A stretch of 64,000 nt of DNA from Candidatus Hydrogenedentota bacterium. GTDB taxonomy: Bacteria > Hydrogenedentota > Hydrogenedentia > Hydrogenedentales > SLHB01. The notes below the pieces were generated by a model. It did not search any database, had not been told where the DNA came from, and was given only the letters and a program-made list of their open reading frames with translations. The number at the start of each line of letters is the position of its first letter. Within the stretch, counting starts at the first letter, position 1. Location of the stretch: the NCBI GenBank assembly GCA_045863335.1, contig BTVY01000019.1:6939-70938 (forward strand), given 5' to 3'. Made by a program: the position numbers and the translations under genes. This document shows positions 1-10,177 of the stretch, piece by piece.

Positions 1-1782
1 CAGGTCTGGCGTCATGAACGATTCCAGGTTCTTTCGGAAGAACTTGTCGAGAATCGCTGCGCCCTGATCGTAGGCTTCCTCGCCGACTTCCGGCTGCGTA
101 TCCACCTGCAGGAACCAGCGGGGGATATTGGCGCCTTCAACCGTCACATCGTGAAGGGCATACCCCAGCAGCGGAGACCGGGCTGGCCGAATCTGATTCG
201 ACCGGAACCGCGCCATGCCGCGGCGCGCCAGGTATTCCCGGCCAATCCACTGCGGCATGAAGCTTGTGTACCAGGCGCCGATGTGCTGATTTGGGCACAG
301 GATATACAGCGTCGCCGGCGTGGCCTCGATCTGTTTCAGCAACAGATTCGCGTGGTGCACCTTGCGGCCTGTGGCGAAGGGCCAGTAGGACCCGACGCCT
401 TCGCTGGTCATTTCTTCTGTGTCCACGATGCTCGGATTGGCGTAGCCGCGCGGGGCGACGAGCCGCCACAGCCAGGCGAGGGCCGGCGGAAGGATGTGGA
501 AGAGCCCGATGATTCCGTAGTTCGGGTTTTCCCGGGTGCACGGGGGGGTGCGTACGCCGAGACTCCGGATGTCCACGGTTACCGCGCCTTCGACGACATC
601 GGGGATGGCCCGGCGGGGAACGATGACGCGCGGGTTGGGGCACGGTTTGCCCGGCGCGTCTTCCACGTGCTCCCAGATCAATGCACGCCCGTTCGGCACG
701 GCGTCAATGTTAAGAAAGAGCAGTGGTTCCGGCGGCTGGGCGGTAAGCCGTTCCAGATGCGGGTCCGTGGCGTATTCCTGGATGTGGTTGACGCGAACAA
801 ACCACGCGTTCTCGGCATCCACGACGCGAAGCTTCCCGTCGGGTTTCTGGATGGACGGGTGGCACAGGGCCATGTCGTCCGTCACGGGCCGGATATCGCA
901 GCCGCGGGGCATGGTGACGTGGCGCGTTTCGCCGGTCACAATGTTGCGACCCAGGAGGAGACGCCCGTCGGCTTCGCGGTGCGCCTGCTCGAGCATCTCG
1001 CTCTTGCCACCGCCGCTGGCGCCCTCGTGCATGATGGTGACCACGTTGTCGTACGGCGTGACGACCTGTGCGGTCGAACAATGGGCGGTGATCCACCCTT
1101 CCTTTTCGCCGAGGTTCAACAGACTTCCATACACGCCCTTCTTGGCGCTGGGGCCGGGGTAGAGGTTATAGGAAAAGATCTCGTGCAACTCTTTCGAGCG
1201 GTTGTGCACGACAATCTGCCGCCCGTCGAAGTGGGTGTGCCGGAAGGGCGGGGCTACGTAAATGACGAGGCGCGGTTTGAAGGACTCTTGGAGTCCCTCG
1301 TAGGGGAGGATTTCTTGCAGGAGCGCGAGGCCCAGGGCGAAGAATCCCGCATTGGCCGGCGCGATCACCATGGCCTCGATGCCCATGTTCTCCTTGCCGG
1401 CGCGAAAGGCAAAAGTGACGAGTTCCTGTTTCTTCATCCACTCGAAGGTTTCTTTGCGGAGCCCGTCGAAAGGCTTGCCGTATTTCTCTTCGAAGGTGAT
1501 CTTGTCCGTGGGGAGGTCGTCGCCCATGACCATGCTTTCCGGATCGCGCCGGCGCATGTACGGCTCCAGGTAGTTGGCCGATACGCCATTGCGGACGCGG
1601 ACTACCTTTGCCTCGACTACCGTGCCTTTCTTGGGGATTTCGTAGCTGACTTCAAACGAGTCGCTATCCGCTCCTCCACAGGCAAGGTCGATAATCTCGC
1701 TCGAGGTTCCGACGACGGTAACCTTTGGACAGGCGGACAGAATGTCGGCTGCGTCCTTCGGGGGATTCAGTTTCTTCCACAT
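1..1782 (-). CDS. DUF4914-like P-loop protein (C-terminus runs off the left window edge)
   Basis: Not in the supplied ORF track because it is open at the window edge. Hand translation of the minus strand from ATG at 1782-1780 gives MWKKLNPPKDAADILSACPKVTVVGTS... It stays open to position 1 (594 codons). It has a GASGGGKSE Walker-A-like loop. The family name is from memory, not searched. Confidence 0.8.
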   Translation of the reverse strand, partial: MWKKLNPPKDAADILSACPKVTVVGTSSEIIDLACGGADSDSFEVSYEIPKKGTVVEAKVVRVRNGVSANYLEPYMRRRDPESMVMGDDLPTDKITFEEKYGKPFDGLRKETFEWMKKQELVTFAFRAGKENMGIEAMVIAPANAGFFALGLALLQEILPYEGLQESFKPRLVIYVAPPFRHTHFDGRQIVVHNRSKELHEIFSYNLYPGPSAKKGVYGSLLNLGEKEGWITAHCSTAQVVTPYDNVVTIMHEGASGGGKSEMLEQAHREADGRLLLGRNIVTGETRHVTMPRGCDIRPVTDDMALCHPSIQKPDGKLRVVDAENAWFVRVNHIQEYATDPHLERLTAQPPEPLLFLNIDAVPNGRALIWEHVEDAPGKPCPNPRVIVPRRAIPDVVEGAVTVDIRSLGVRTPPCTRENPNYGIIGLFHILPPALAWLWRLVAPRGYANPSIVDTEEMTSEGVGSYWPFATGRKVHHANLLLKQIEATPATLYILCPNQHIGAWYTSFMPQWIGREYLARRGMARFRSNQIRPARSPLLGYALHDVTVEGANIPRWFLQVDTQPEVGEEAYDQGAAILDKFFRKNLESFMTPDL

Positions 1783-1971
1783 GGTCTTTTTCACCTTTCC
1801 GAATATGGTTTAGGGCCGCTTCGCGGTCCCCGTACGCTCCTTGGATACACGTATTCCGACCTCATAGAGATCGAAAACGGAGTAGTCGCCGGATTGCTCC
1901 GGTTCTGTCGGCGCCGGGCGCAAAATCCCTGTACCTCAATGCGCCGGGATGCGCACGACCGGGCCGAACCC

Positions 1972-3135
1972 TTAGGCCGCGTCGTGCATCAGTTGGCGGT
2001 ATACGCGCTCCAATCGAGCCGCGCTCTCCTCCCACGTCATGCTTTGCGCGCGGAGCCGGGCTGCTTCCGCGCGTTGGCGCGCCGCCGGCGGATCGTCCAG
2101 CAGTGAACAGATGGCCGATGCCATCGATTCCGTATCGTACGGGTCCACCAGCAAGCCGGTCTCGCCGACGACTTCCGGCAGTGCCGAGACCTTGCTCGTC
2201 ATCACGGGCGTTCCCGCCGCCATGGCTTCCAGAACCGGCAGGCCGAACCCCTCGTATAACGACGGGTACAGACAAGCGCGCGCACCCCGCAACAACAGTA
2301 TGGCCTCGTCCCGCCGAAGGTATCCGGCGTGGACGATGTCCCCGTTGCCGGAGGCCGCGCGGATTGCCTCGACGATTCCATCGCTTTTCCAGCCGAGCGC
2401 GCCGACGAGCAGCAGTTGGGGGATCATTTCCCGTTCGCTGCGCACCCGATCGTACGCCTGGATCAGCCGTTCGATATTCTTGCGCGGTTCCAGCGTGCCG
2501 AGCTGGATAAAATAGTCCCGGTCGAGACCGATCCGCGCCTTCAGTGCCGCGTGCGTGGTCTCGTCGAACGGCGCATCGAATTCTTCCAGGCGGACTCCGT
2601 TCGGAACGACATGAATCCGCTCGGGCGCTACGCCCATCAATTCCACGAGTTCCGCCTTGCAGTGTTCGGAGACCGCGATCAAGGTGTCCGCCTCGCGGGC
2701 GCACTGGCTTAGCAGCCTGGTCTGCACTTCCACCGTTCGCTCGGTATGGGTCTCCGGCACACGAAGAAACGACAGGTCGTGAATCGTAACCGCCCGGACC
2801 GCGCGCCGCGCCGCGGGCGTCTGGTGACACAGATTGTGGGCAATGTCCACCTTACCGATAAACCATTCGATGGGTGGCCAGCTCAACCGAGTCCAGAAAC
2901 CGTATTTTAGCAAACGGGCATAGGGAAGTACGAATTGCCGCTCGATCTCTGGCAATTCATTGCGCAGCAGTGCCTTGCCTCGGGAATCTCCCGTTGCGAA
3001 GACTTGGCACTGGAAGTCCACGTTTCGCCGCAAGAGGGCCTGCACCTGGTAGATTGCGGCATATCCCACGCCGGTGACCGGGAATTCCGCCGCGCAACTC
3101 AAGTCCAAGGCAATCTTGGTGTGTGGTAGGTCCAA
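1972..3135 (-). CDS. Glycosyltransferase family 4 (GT-B fold)
   Basis: 387-aa ORF. It carries the C-terminal GT4 signature region ...LYPSLYEGFGLPVLEAMAAGTPVMTS.... Confidence 0.9.
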   Translation of the reverse strand: MDLPHTKIALDLSCAAEFPVTGVGYAAIYQVQALLRRNVDFQCQVFATGDSRGKALLRNELPEIERQFVLPYARLLKYGFWTRLSWPPIEWFIGKVDIAHNLCHQTPAARRAVRAVTIHDLSFLRVPETHTERTVEVQTRLLSQCAREADTLIAVSEHCKAELVELMGVAPERIHVVPNGVRLEEFDAPFDETTHAALKARIGLDRDYFIQLGTLEPRKNIERLIQAYDRVRSEREMIPQLLLVGALGWKSDGIVEAIRAASGNGDIVHAGYLRRDEAILLLRGARACLYPSLYEGFGLPVLEAMAAGTPVMTSKVSALPEVVGETGLLVDPYDTESMASAICSLLDDPPAARQRAEAARLRAQSMTWEESAARLERVYRQLMHDAA

Positions 3136-3209
3136 AGTCTACATCCTGCGCAGGGCATCGTGTGGGATTAGCGCGACGTGATGCCGCGTATCGATACATC
3201 GAGGTGAGG

Positions 3210-3938
3210 TTATGACTCGTCTTCCTTTCCGGGGTCTGACGTTTCGGTGGCGTCCGAATCTGCCTCGCCTATGGATTCGCTATCCTGAGCTGCGTCGTTT
3301 CCGTCCTCTTTCTTTTTCCCGAATCCGAAGACGCGGATGGCCAGTTCGGCGGCCCGAAGCTGGACCCGGTCATCCGCCCCATTGAGCATCTTCTCCACGA
3401 GGACGTGCTTGAGCGTGTCCTCCACGACGCTGTCGGGGATCGATTCGGTCGGGGGGGCCAAGCGGCGGACGGGTTCACCGGCCCGGCCGTCGATGGGAGC
3501 GGGGAGGTTCGAACTGGAGCCGGGCTGATGTTCGAGGGCCATTTGCTGGCGGTTACGCAGCGCGACCATACACATCTGGCGGCCCGATACGATGTCCGTG
3601 TTCTCCGGGAAGTCCTCGGCAAGCGACTCGAAGATGCTCAGTGCCTGGGCATAGCGTTGGGAAAAATACAGATCGACCGCCTCGGCAAATCGCCGTTTCG
3701 CCTCGACCGGCACGGCACTGGCCCGGCCGTTGCCCGAATTCCACGATGCGTTGGCGAAGGGTTCGGCATTCTGGACCGGCGCCGGTTTGGCCGGCACGGG
3801 ACCCTTGACGGTGGTGGCGCTTTCCGCGGTGATCGAAATCACCCGGCCACAGGCAGGACATAGTCCCGTCCGGCCCAGAGCCGAACGGGGAACCTGAATG
3901 CGTTCGCCGCAAACACACAATACCATTAGTCGACGCAC
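3210..3938 (-). CDS. Hypothetical protein with N-terminal zinc ribbon (CxC...CxxC), helical middle region and acidic tail
   Basis: 242-aa ORF. N-terminus is LCVCGERIQVPRSALGRTGLCPACGRVI. The 3938 start is GTG with AAGGGA upstream, and an alternative ATG lies at 3926. No enzymatic motif was recognised. Confidence 0.7.
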   Translation of the reverse strand: MRRLMVLCVCGERIQVPRSALGRTGLCPACGRVISITAESATTVKGPVPAKPAPVQNAEPFANASWNSGNGRASAVPVEAKRRFAEAVDLYFSQRYAQALSIFESLAEDFPENTDIVSGRQMCMVALRNRQQMALEHQPGSSSNLPAPIDGRAGEPVRRLAPPTESIPDSVVEDTLKHVLVEKMLNGADDRVQLRAAELAIRVFGFGKKKEDGNDAAQDSESIGEADSDATETSDPGKEDES

Positions 3939-3977
3939 TACGCAGATTCCCTTCTTCTTTCCAGTACGGACACGTCC

Positions 3978-5366
3978 CTATTTCCTCCCCAGAAACCGGA
4001 GGAGGGCATCGACGAGCAATCGCTGATCGTCTTCCTCGGGCCGGACCACGTCCGGCAAGAGATCATCGCTCTGCGGCGCCTCTTCCTCATAAACCGGAGG
4101 CGCATTTGGTATGTTCTCGGCGGCGTTGCGCCGGAGTTCCTCGATCTCGTGCCGCAAGGAGGCGTTCTCCGCGCGCAGCGCGTCGAGATCTACTGTGGTC
4201 GCCGCGGCCTGCACGCGCGCAAGGTCCGCCTGGAGCGACTCGAGCCGTCCGCGGTCGCGTTCTGCAGCGTTGCGCAGGTCTTCGGACTCCCGATTCAGCC
4301 GGGCCTTCTCGTCGTCCGCGTAACGTAGCGACTGGCGCACCGCCTCCAGATCGGCGGCGAGCTGTTCGATCACCATGGACTTGTCGTCGATGATGCCGTT
4401 GGCCGCCTCGAGTTCATGTTCAAGCCGGGCCAGTTTGGCCTTTTGGGTTTCCAGTTCGTCGTGCGACGTGCGGTCCGCGTCGTTGCGTTCCCGCGCCGCA
4501 TCCGACAGCGATTCAACTTCGCGCTGCAATTCGGACTCGCGTTGCCGAAGGGATTCGATCAGGCCCAAGGCTTGATCCAGTTCACTGGTTTTTCCATCCA
4601 GTTCGGCACGGGCCCTGTCTGCTTCGGTTCGAAGCGCCCGCAACTGATCCGCCTGATCCTCAATCCGCCGCCGGCTCTCCTCGATCGCGGCGTTGCGCGA
4701 ATCGACCGCCCGCTCAAACTCTTGAAGCGCCTTCTCCTTGGAGGCAGCATCGCCATGGATGGCCTTCACTTCCGCCGCGAGCCGTTCCGCGGTTGCGGCC
4801 ACCTCGCGGGCGTTTTGCAGTTCCGATTGTAGCGCTGCGATTCGCCGCTCGCTTTCACGAAGCGCCTGCCGCAACGCATCCATCTCCGCGTCCCGGTTAG
4901 CCGAAACAGCGGCATCATCGGATACGCCGCGTTCCAACTCGGCGATCCGCTGACGGGCACGATCCGCATATTCCCGGTACTGGCCCAACTCCTGATCCCG
5001 TTGTGCCAGGCCGCTCTGCGTGCGCGCCAACTCGCGGGTCAGCCGTTCAATCGTCGCCGATTTTTCGACCAATTGAACGTTCAACTGGGCCGCGTCCTCC
5101 CGAGGCAGGAAATCCACCTTAGAAGGAACCGCAGGAGCCGGAGGGAGAGCAGGACTCCGACGAACTTCGGGTTCGCTCACAAAATGCGACGCAGGCGGCA
5201 TTTCGGCGATGGGCCGTGCACCGGCGGGGGCCGCCGCCATGAGGTGCGCGGGAACGATGGCAATACGCTTACACCGCCGGCACCAGGCGTGGCGTCCGGC
5301 GTGAGCCGCTTCCACCGTCAAGCGATAACCGCAATGTGGACATTCGAACTCGATCATCCGCGTCAT
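3978..5366 (-). CDS. Hypothetical protein with N-terminal zinc ribbon and ~330-aa coiled-coil
   Basis: 462-aa ORF. It starts MIEFECPHCGYRLTVEAAHAGRHAWCRRCKRI. A long E/R/A/L-rich heptad-like region follows (…LQSELQNAREVAATAERLAAEVKA…) and the tail is acidic. Confidence 0.75.
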   Translation of the reverse strand: MTRMIEFECPHCGYRLTVEAAHAGRHAWCRRCKRIAIVPAHLMAAAPAGARPIAEMPPASHFVSEPEVRRSPALPPAPAVPSKVDFLPREDAAQLNVQLVEKSATIERLTRELARTQSGLAQRDQELGQYREYADRARQRIAELERGVSDDAAVSANRDAEMDALRQALRESERRIAALQSELQNAREVAATAERLAAEVKAIHGDAASKEKALQEFERAVDSRNAAIEESRRRIEDQADQLRALRTEADRARAELDGKTSELDQALGLIESLRQRESELQREVESLSDAARERNDADRTSHDELETQKAKLARLEHELEAANGIIDDKSMVIEQLAADLEAVRQSLRYADDEKARLNRESEDLRNAAERDRGRLESLQADLARVQAAATTVDLDALRAENASLRHEIEELRRNAAENIPNAPPVYEEEAPQSDDLLPDVVRPEEDDQRLLVDALLRFLGRK

Positions 5367-5459
5367 CCGTCCAGCCTAGAAAATCCGCACTTCGGTAGCC
5401 AGTATACCATTACCCAGTGGATGTTCTCATGGGCCAGGGCCGTCGCCGCGTTGCAGGGG

Positions 5460-6683
5460 CTACCGATCGTTCAATGCGGCGTCGAGAATTTTGCGGAGTT
5501 TGCCGCCTTCTTTTGCGGTATCGAAGTCGGATTCGACCTTCTGTCGTCCGGCTATACCCATGCGAGACCGGAGTTGGGGATCGCGCAAGAGCGTGTCGAT
5601 GCGTTCCACCAGGGAGTCGGTGTCACTGGGCGGCGTGAGGAAACCCGATTCGCCATCGTCTACCAACTCGGCGATTCCGGCGATGCGGGTTGCGATGACC
5701 GGCAAGCCCGTAGCCATTGCCTCCATCAGCACCACGGGAACGCCCTCGGCGAAGCTGGCCATGACGAAGACGTCGGATGCGCGGAGTTCTTCGCGAACGC
5801 GATCCTGGGACAGGTAACCCGTGACGCGGACGCAGTTCGCGATGCCAAGTTCCTGAGACCGGCGCTCGATCCAGCCGCGGTCGGGGCCGTCGCCCGCCAA
5901 CACGAGTTCGATATCCGGATGGGCATCACGGAGGTGCGCAATCGCTTCCAGGAGTATGGGAATTCCTTTCACCGCCGCGAGCCGGCCGACGAAGATGAGC
6001 CGCTTACCGGCCCCGTCATGTTGCCGTGGTTCGAAGACTTCAGGCTCCACGCCGCAATGGATGATGTGCAAGCGGTCCCATCGTTCCGGGGGCGTCCAGA
6101 TCATGGCCTGGCTCCGGCAGAAGTGGGAGATGCAACACACGAACAGCGCGCGTTTCAGTTTTGCGTCAAGCCTCCAACGGTAGGGCTCGAAGAAGATGTC
6201 GGGACCGTGGAGGGAACAACTGAAGGTGAACCCGCCGAGTTCCGCGGCGAGCATGGCCACGGTGCAACTGGACGCGCCGAGATGATTGTGGAGATGGACC
6301 AGTCCGCGTTGTCGCATGCGCTCGGCGACGAGCCCCGCTTCCAGGAAGTATGCCAGCTGGTAGAGGAGTCCCTTGATGCCGGGCTGACGCGTCGACCAGG
6401 CCAGACGCAACGCCCGCAGATAGCGGCCGGGCGCCGTGAACTTCAGCCGGCCATGGGCCTTGGCGAGCGCGCCAATCGAGAACGGTACGAGCACGTAGGT
6501 CGTTTCACGTTCCGCCTTCTGTTCGGGGCTTACGCATTCCGATTCGGATACCCCACGCACGCTGATCGTCTCGACGTGGACGCCCGCGCGGCGGAGGGCG
6601 GAGATCTCGCGGTAGATGAATACGAACGGGGATACGCGCAAGTATTCGCCGGTCATGTATGCGATGCGGAGCGGGCTGCTCAT
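5460..6683 (-). CDS. Glycosyltransferase family 4 (WcaL/EpsE-like)
   Basis: 407-aa ORF with the motif ...VFVMASFAEGVPVVLMEAMATGLPVIATRIAGIAELV.... It overlaps the upstream epimerase gene by 4 nt (6680-6683). Confidence 0.9.
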   Translation of the reverse strand: MSSPLRIAYMTGEYLRVSPFVFIYREISALRRAGVHVETISVRGVSESECVSPEQKAERETTYVLVPFSIGALAKAHGRLKFTAPGRYLRALRLAWSTRQPGIKGLLYQLAYFLEAGLVAERMRQRGLVHLHNHLGASSCTVAMLAAELGGFTFSCSLHGPDIFFEPYRWRLDAKLKRALFVCCISHFCRSQAMIWTPPERWDRLHIIHCGVEPEVFEPRQHDGAGKRLIFVGRLAAVKGIPILLEAIAHLRDAHPDIELVLAGDGPDRGWIERRSQELGIANCVRVTGYLSQDRVREELRASDVFVMASFAEGVPVVLMEAMATGLPVIATRIAGIAELVDDGESGFLTPPSDTDSLVERIDTLLRDPQLRSRMGIAGRQKVESDFDTAKEGGKLRKILDAALNDR

Positions 6684-7717
6684 GCCGAAGCCTCGCTTTC
6701 CTGTTGCGCTTCTTCACGGAAGTCCAGGTTCGCGAAACTTCGGTCCAGCGCCTCGCGCAGGGAGTATCGCGGCGACCATCCGAGGGTCTTGCGGAGGCGC
6801 ACGTTCGAGTACCGCAGGGGTTTGCATCGGGCATGCATCCGGGCCGGGATCAGAATGCTCGGCAGCTTGCCATCGCCCTTGAAGAACATGCGGTTTGCGA
6901 TCCACGCCATGCGGCAGATCGCGCGCATGAGCGTCCACGGAACCGGAATGACGCGCGGGGGAGGGGAGAGGCGCTTGCGGAGCAGCCGGATGTACTTTCG
7001 ATGGGAGGGGCACCGGTTATCGACGATGTTGAAGGTCTGGCCGATGGCCTCCGGTCTTTCCGCCGCGAGGACGATCGCGTCCGCGCAGTTTTCCACATAC
7101 GTGAGCGGGAGCTTCGCGCCGGCGCCAATGCGAATCCACCACCGTTCACCCGCTTGCGCGCCCAGGCACGCGGTCCACAGGTTGTCGCGGCCGTAGACAA
7201 TGCCCGGCCGCAAGACCGTCAATTGGAGTCCTTCCCGCTCGGCATATTCACGGACAAGGTTTTCCTGCATGACTTTGGTCAGGCAATAGTCGTCCCGCTC
7301 CTTGAGCCGGGGTTCGATGGGCGTCGTTTCTTTCAGGACCGTGTGACTCCACTTGTCGATATAGCTGTAGACCGAAAACGAGCTGATAGCGATCAGACGT
7401 TTGACGCCTGTTTCGCACATGGCGTCAAGGAGATTCTCGGTGGCAACGACGGTCCCCATGAGTTGGGTATAGAGATCGCCGCCGACCGCTGCCGCGAGAT
7501 GGACTACTGCGTCGGCATCCTTGACTGCCTCGGCCAGGCCGTTCTTGCTGCGAAGGTCCGCGCGCACCAGCGTGACGGCAGGATCGTCGTGCCAGGGCAA
7601 TGCGGACACGGCGTTTGCCGGGCGCACCATGGCATGCACCTGGTGGCCGCGTCGCAAGGCTTCCGCGACGACGCTCCGTCCGAGGAAACCAGCGGCTCCC
7701 GTTACCAGCAGGCGCAT
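6680..7717 (-). CDS. NAD-dependent epimerase/dehydratase (extended SDR)
   Basis: 345-aa ORF. The N-terminal Rossmann motif is MRLLVTGAAGFLGRSVV. Confidence 0.9.
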   Translation of the reverse strand: MRLLVTGAAGFLGRSVVAEALRRGHQVHAMVRPANAVSALPWHDDPAVTLVRADLRSKNGLAEAVKDADAVVHLAAAVGGDLYTQLMGTVVATENLLDAMCETGVKRLIAISSFSVYSYIDKWSHTVLKETTPIEPRLKERDDYCLTKVMQENLVREYAEREGLQLTVLRPGIVYGRDNLWTACLGAQAGERWWIRIGAGAKLPLTYVENCADAIVLAAERPEAIGQTFNIVDNRCPSHRKYIRLLRKRLSPPPRVIPVPWTLMRAICRMAWIANRMFFKGDGKLPSILIPARMHARCKPLRYSNVRLRKTLGWSPRYSLREALDRSFANLDFREEAQQESEASA

Positions 7718-7745
7718 TGAACGTCCCTTATCAACATCGTGCGTA

Positions 7746-8819
7746 TCATATGCGGTTCTCCTCCGCGAGCAGCGCGTCCATCAATTGCGTGGTTTGGTCC
7801 ATGTCGTCGTGAGTGACGGGAAGTTGGGCGCCCGTGCGAAGCGCGGTGTACGTGCGCGACAGAAAGGTCTGCATGCCCTCAAGGGGGGTCTTCTTGCGAA
7901 TCTTGTTCAGGAATCCCGTGACGCTCGACTGGGCCATGGCGATTCCGTTCACCCATTGGTTCGCCAGTGGCGAAAGCTGCTTTCCCGCGCGTCGCGGAAC
8001 CGTCAACCGGAAATACGGCTGAAACAGATCCGTTTCGACCCAGCCATTGGAGCCGCGCACGACCACCGTGAAACAGTCCGGCGCTTGATGGCTGGTGAAG
8101 CGCAGGCGCGTGTGAACCCCGCCGCCGAACAGCAGCGCATCGAGACAATCGTGCGCGAAGAGCGGATGATCGCTGTACTTGTCCCACCGCGCCGCGACCT
8201 CTTCGACGGGCGGAATGAAGCGCAGGGCGAGGTAGCACAGGTGCGGCAGGAGATCGTGCAAGGCGCCCGCCGGCAAGTGATGACACGCGTTCGGAAGGTT
8301 TTCGTCGGCGAAACCACCGCCCTTTTCGGTGATGGGCAATGCCATGCGTATATCGACTTCGCGTATCTCTCCGAGCACACCGCTAGACACCAATGATTCC
8401 ATCTCAAGAATCTGTTCGTTGAACCGGTAATTGTGATCTTCGGTGAGCGCGCGGTTTTGCCACTGCGCCATGGTGGATAGAATCCGGAACTCTTCGTTGG
8501 TCGGCGCGATAGGTTTCTCCACGATTACGTGGGTCCCGTGCTTCAGGCAGTCCGCGGCGAGTTTACAGTGGGTGTGCGGCGGCGTCAGGACGTGAACGAC
8601 ATCCGGTTTCGCCTGTTCCAGCATCTGCACGTGATCGGTGTAATGAGACTCCGCGCCGTAGGTGTCCGCCGCGTAGCGCGCGAGGACCTTTGACAAATCG
8701 CAGACTCCGACCAGCCGGGCGGCAGGGCTGCGGTGAAGAAACCGCAAATGCTCGGCGGAAATCACGCCTGCGCCAATGACCGCCGATCGCAAGGGCGGGT
8801 GGCCGGAGCCGTTCGTCAC
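7746..8819 (-). CDS. Gfo/Idh/MocA family oxidoreductase
   Basis: 357-aa ORF. It has the N-terminal dinucleotide-binding region LRSAVIGAGVISAEHL and the typical EKP motif (HVIVEKPIA). Confidence 0.85.
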   Translation of the reverse strand: MTNGSGHPPLRSAVIGAGVISAEHLRFLHRSPAARLVGVCDLSKVLARYAADTYGAESHYTDHVQMLEQAKPDVVHVLTPPHTHCKLAADCLKHGTHVIVEKPIAPTNEEFRILSTMAQWQNRALTEDHNYRFNEQILEMESLVSSGVLGEIREVDIRMALPITEKGGGFADENLPNACHHLPAGALHDLLPHLCYLALRFIPPVEEVAARWDKYSDHPLFAHDCLDALLFGGGVHTRLRFTSHQAPDCFTVVVRGSNGWVETDLFQPYFRLTVPRRAGKQLSPLANQWVNGIAMAQSSVTGFLNKIRKKTPLEGMQTFLSRTYTALRTGAQLPVTHDDMDQTTQLMDALLAEENRI

Positions 8820-8889
8820 CGTTTACTCCTTTCCTCGACTCTGCAACGAAGTTGAGCGACGCCCACCATAGAAACCCCGGCCGTACAAT

Positions 8890-10164
8890 TCAATCTCCCG
8901 CGCGATCGTTGGCGCTGCGATCCACTTCAGCCTGCCGCTGCGTCCGCTCCCAACCGCCGGGTTTCCTGGAGCGGACGAGCCGGAGATAGAAGGGGATTTT
9001 CCATGCAAGGAATAATGGCGCGAGCAGGAGCCCTCGCCAGACTTCCGCTGGCGCGCGCATCTTGTACAGGCCCGCGACCACGTAAAAGACGGTAGCGGTA
9101 GTCGTCCCGAGAAAGAAGGGCGCCCATGAAGGCCGCAGCACCGCGGCGGCGAGCAGAAAAAGAACCTGGAGCAAAACCAACAGGGACAGGGGCGGTACCA
9201 GTAGTTCGAGGATGGCGTCGAGATACCGCCACCGGGGCCGCTTGAGCAGCGCCTTGGCGAGTGCAGGGACGTAGGTCTTGACCGTATCGATCCGGCCGGA
9301 TTCCCACCGGCGGCGTTGCGGCTCCGCCTGGGTTTGCGACGTGGGCATCTCGGAGATCACCACCGCATCCGGGTTGAAATAGACCAGGGTTCCGTCCAGT
9401 AGGAGCCGCGACGACAATTCGATGTCTTCGACGATGGAGTGGGCGGGCCATCCGTAGTTCAGGAGCAGGTCCGTGCGAAAGCCCATGCCGTTGCCTTTGA
9501 GATCCGCCGTGCCGCCCAGACAACTGCGGCCCGCGGGGCGCAATCCGTTGACAAGCGCGAAGCCGGCGTAGGTAAGCGCGGCGCGCCAGTTCGCTTCGGG
9601 ATTGGAAACGCCGTGGTAACCTTGAACGACGGACACGTCGGGATGGACCAGGCTGCCGGAAATCTCGTGAAGGAATTGCGGGTCGACCTTGGTGTCCGCG
9701 TCTACCAATGCGATAGCGTCAAACTCGCGCAGGCGGCCGGCCTGTTCGCGCAGGAACCAGTCGATTGCCTGACCTTTTCCGCGCAGGTCGGGCACGTGGC
9801 GTTCGAACGCTACCGCACCCGCGGCTTCAGCTTCCTGCGCAGTGTGGTCCTCACAATTGTCGGCGATTACGAAAATCGAAAACCGGTCTTTCGGGTAGTC
9901 GGCTTCCAGGGCGCTCCGCACGCAATTGCCGATCTGCAGTTCTTCGTTGTGGGCGGGCATCACCATCGCGATGCGCAACGGAGACGCATTGGGAATGGCT
10001 TTCTTGCGCAGGATGAATGCGGCCAGCGTGACGAGCACCAAGTATGCGGAAACCGTGCCCAGATACAGGGCGCCCGCGCACAGCACGACGTCAATAGCAG
10101 CCACAATGTCTCCTTCCAGCAACGGGTATTTTCCGCGGCCAAGTTTACCTGAATGCACCCGCAC
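8890..10164 (-). CDS. Membrane-anchored glycosyltransferase family 2
   Basis: 424-aa ORF. An N-terminal TM helix is followed by the GT2 core (IAMVMPAHNEE…, VDADT). Several C-terminal TM helices resemble processive synthases. The exact start is uncertain. Confidence 0.85.
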   Translation of the reverse strand: MRVHSGKLGRGKYPLLEGDIVAAIDVVLCAGALYLGTVSAYLVLVTLAAFILRKKAIPNASPLRIAMVMPAHNEELQIGNCVRSALEADYPKDRFSIFVIADNCEDHTAQEAEAAGAVAFERHVPDLRGKGQAIDWFLREQAGRLREFDAIALVDADTKVDPQFLHEISGSLVHPDVSVVQGYHGVSNPEANWRAALTYAGFALVNGLRPAGRSCLGGTADLKGNGMGFRTDLLLNYGWPAHSIVEDIELSSRLLLDGTLVYFNPDAVVISEMPTSQTQAEPQRRRWESGRIDTVKTYVPALAKALLKRPRWRYLDAILELLVPPLSLLVLLQVLFLLAAAVLRPSWAPFFLGTTTATVFYVVAGLYKMRAPAEVWRGLLLAPLFLAWKIPFYLRLVRSRKPGGWERTQRQAEVDRSANDRAGD

Positions 10165-10177
10165 GCCGCCACGTTGG

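Noticed and set aside
151-2106. 651-aa plus-strand ORF, the longest in the first 2 kb of the track
   Set aside because: It is antisense to a much better minus-strand gene (1-1782, DUF4914-like with conserved motifs) and to part of the GT4 gene. The product is Arg/Gly/Ala/Pro-rich with no motifs, a typical high-GC shadow ORF.
5001-7196. 731-aa plus-strand ORF
   Set aside because: It runs antisense across the coiled-coil, GT4 and epimerase genes, which all carry clear family motifs. It has low-complexity Arg-rich composition.
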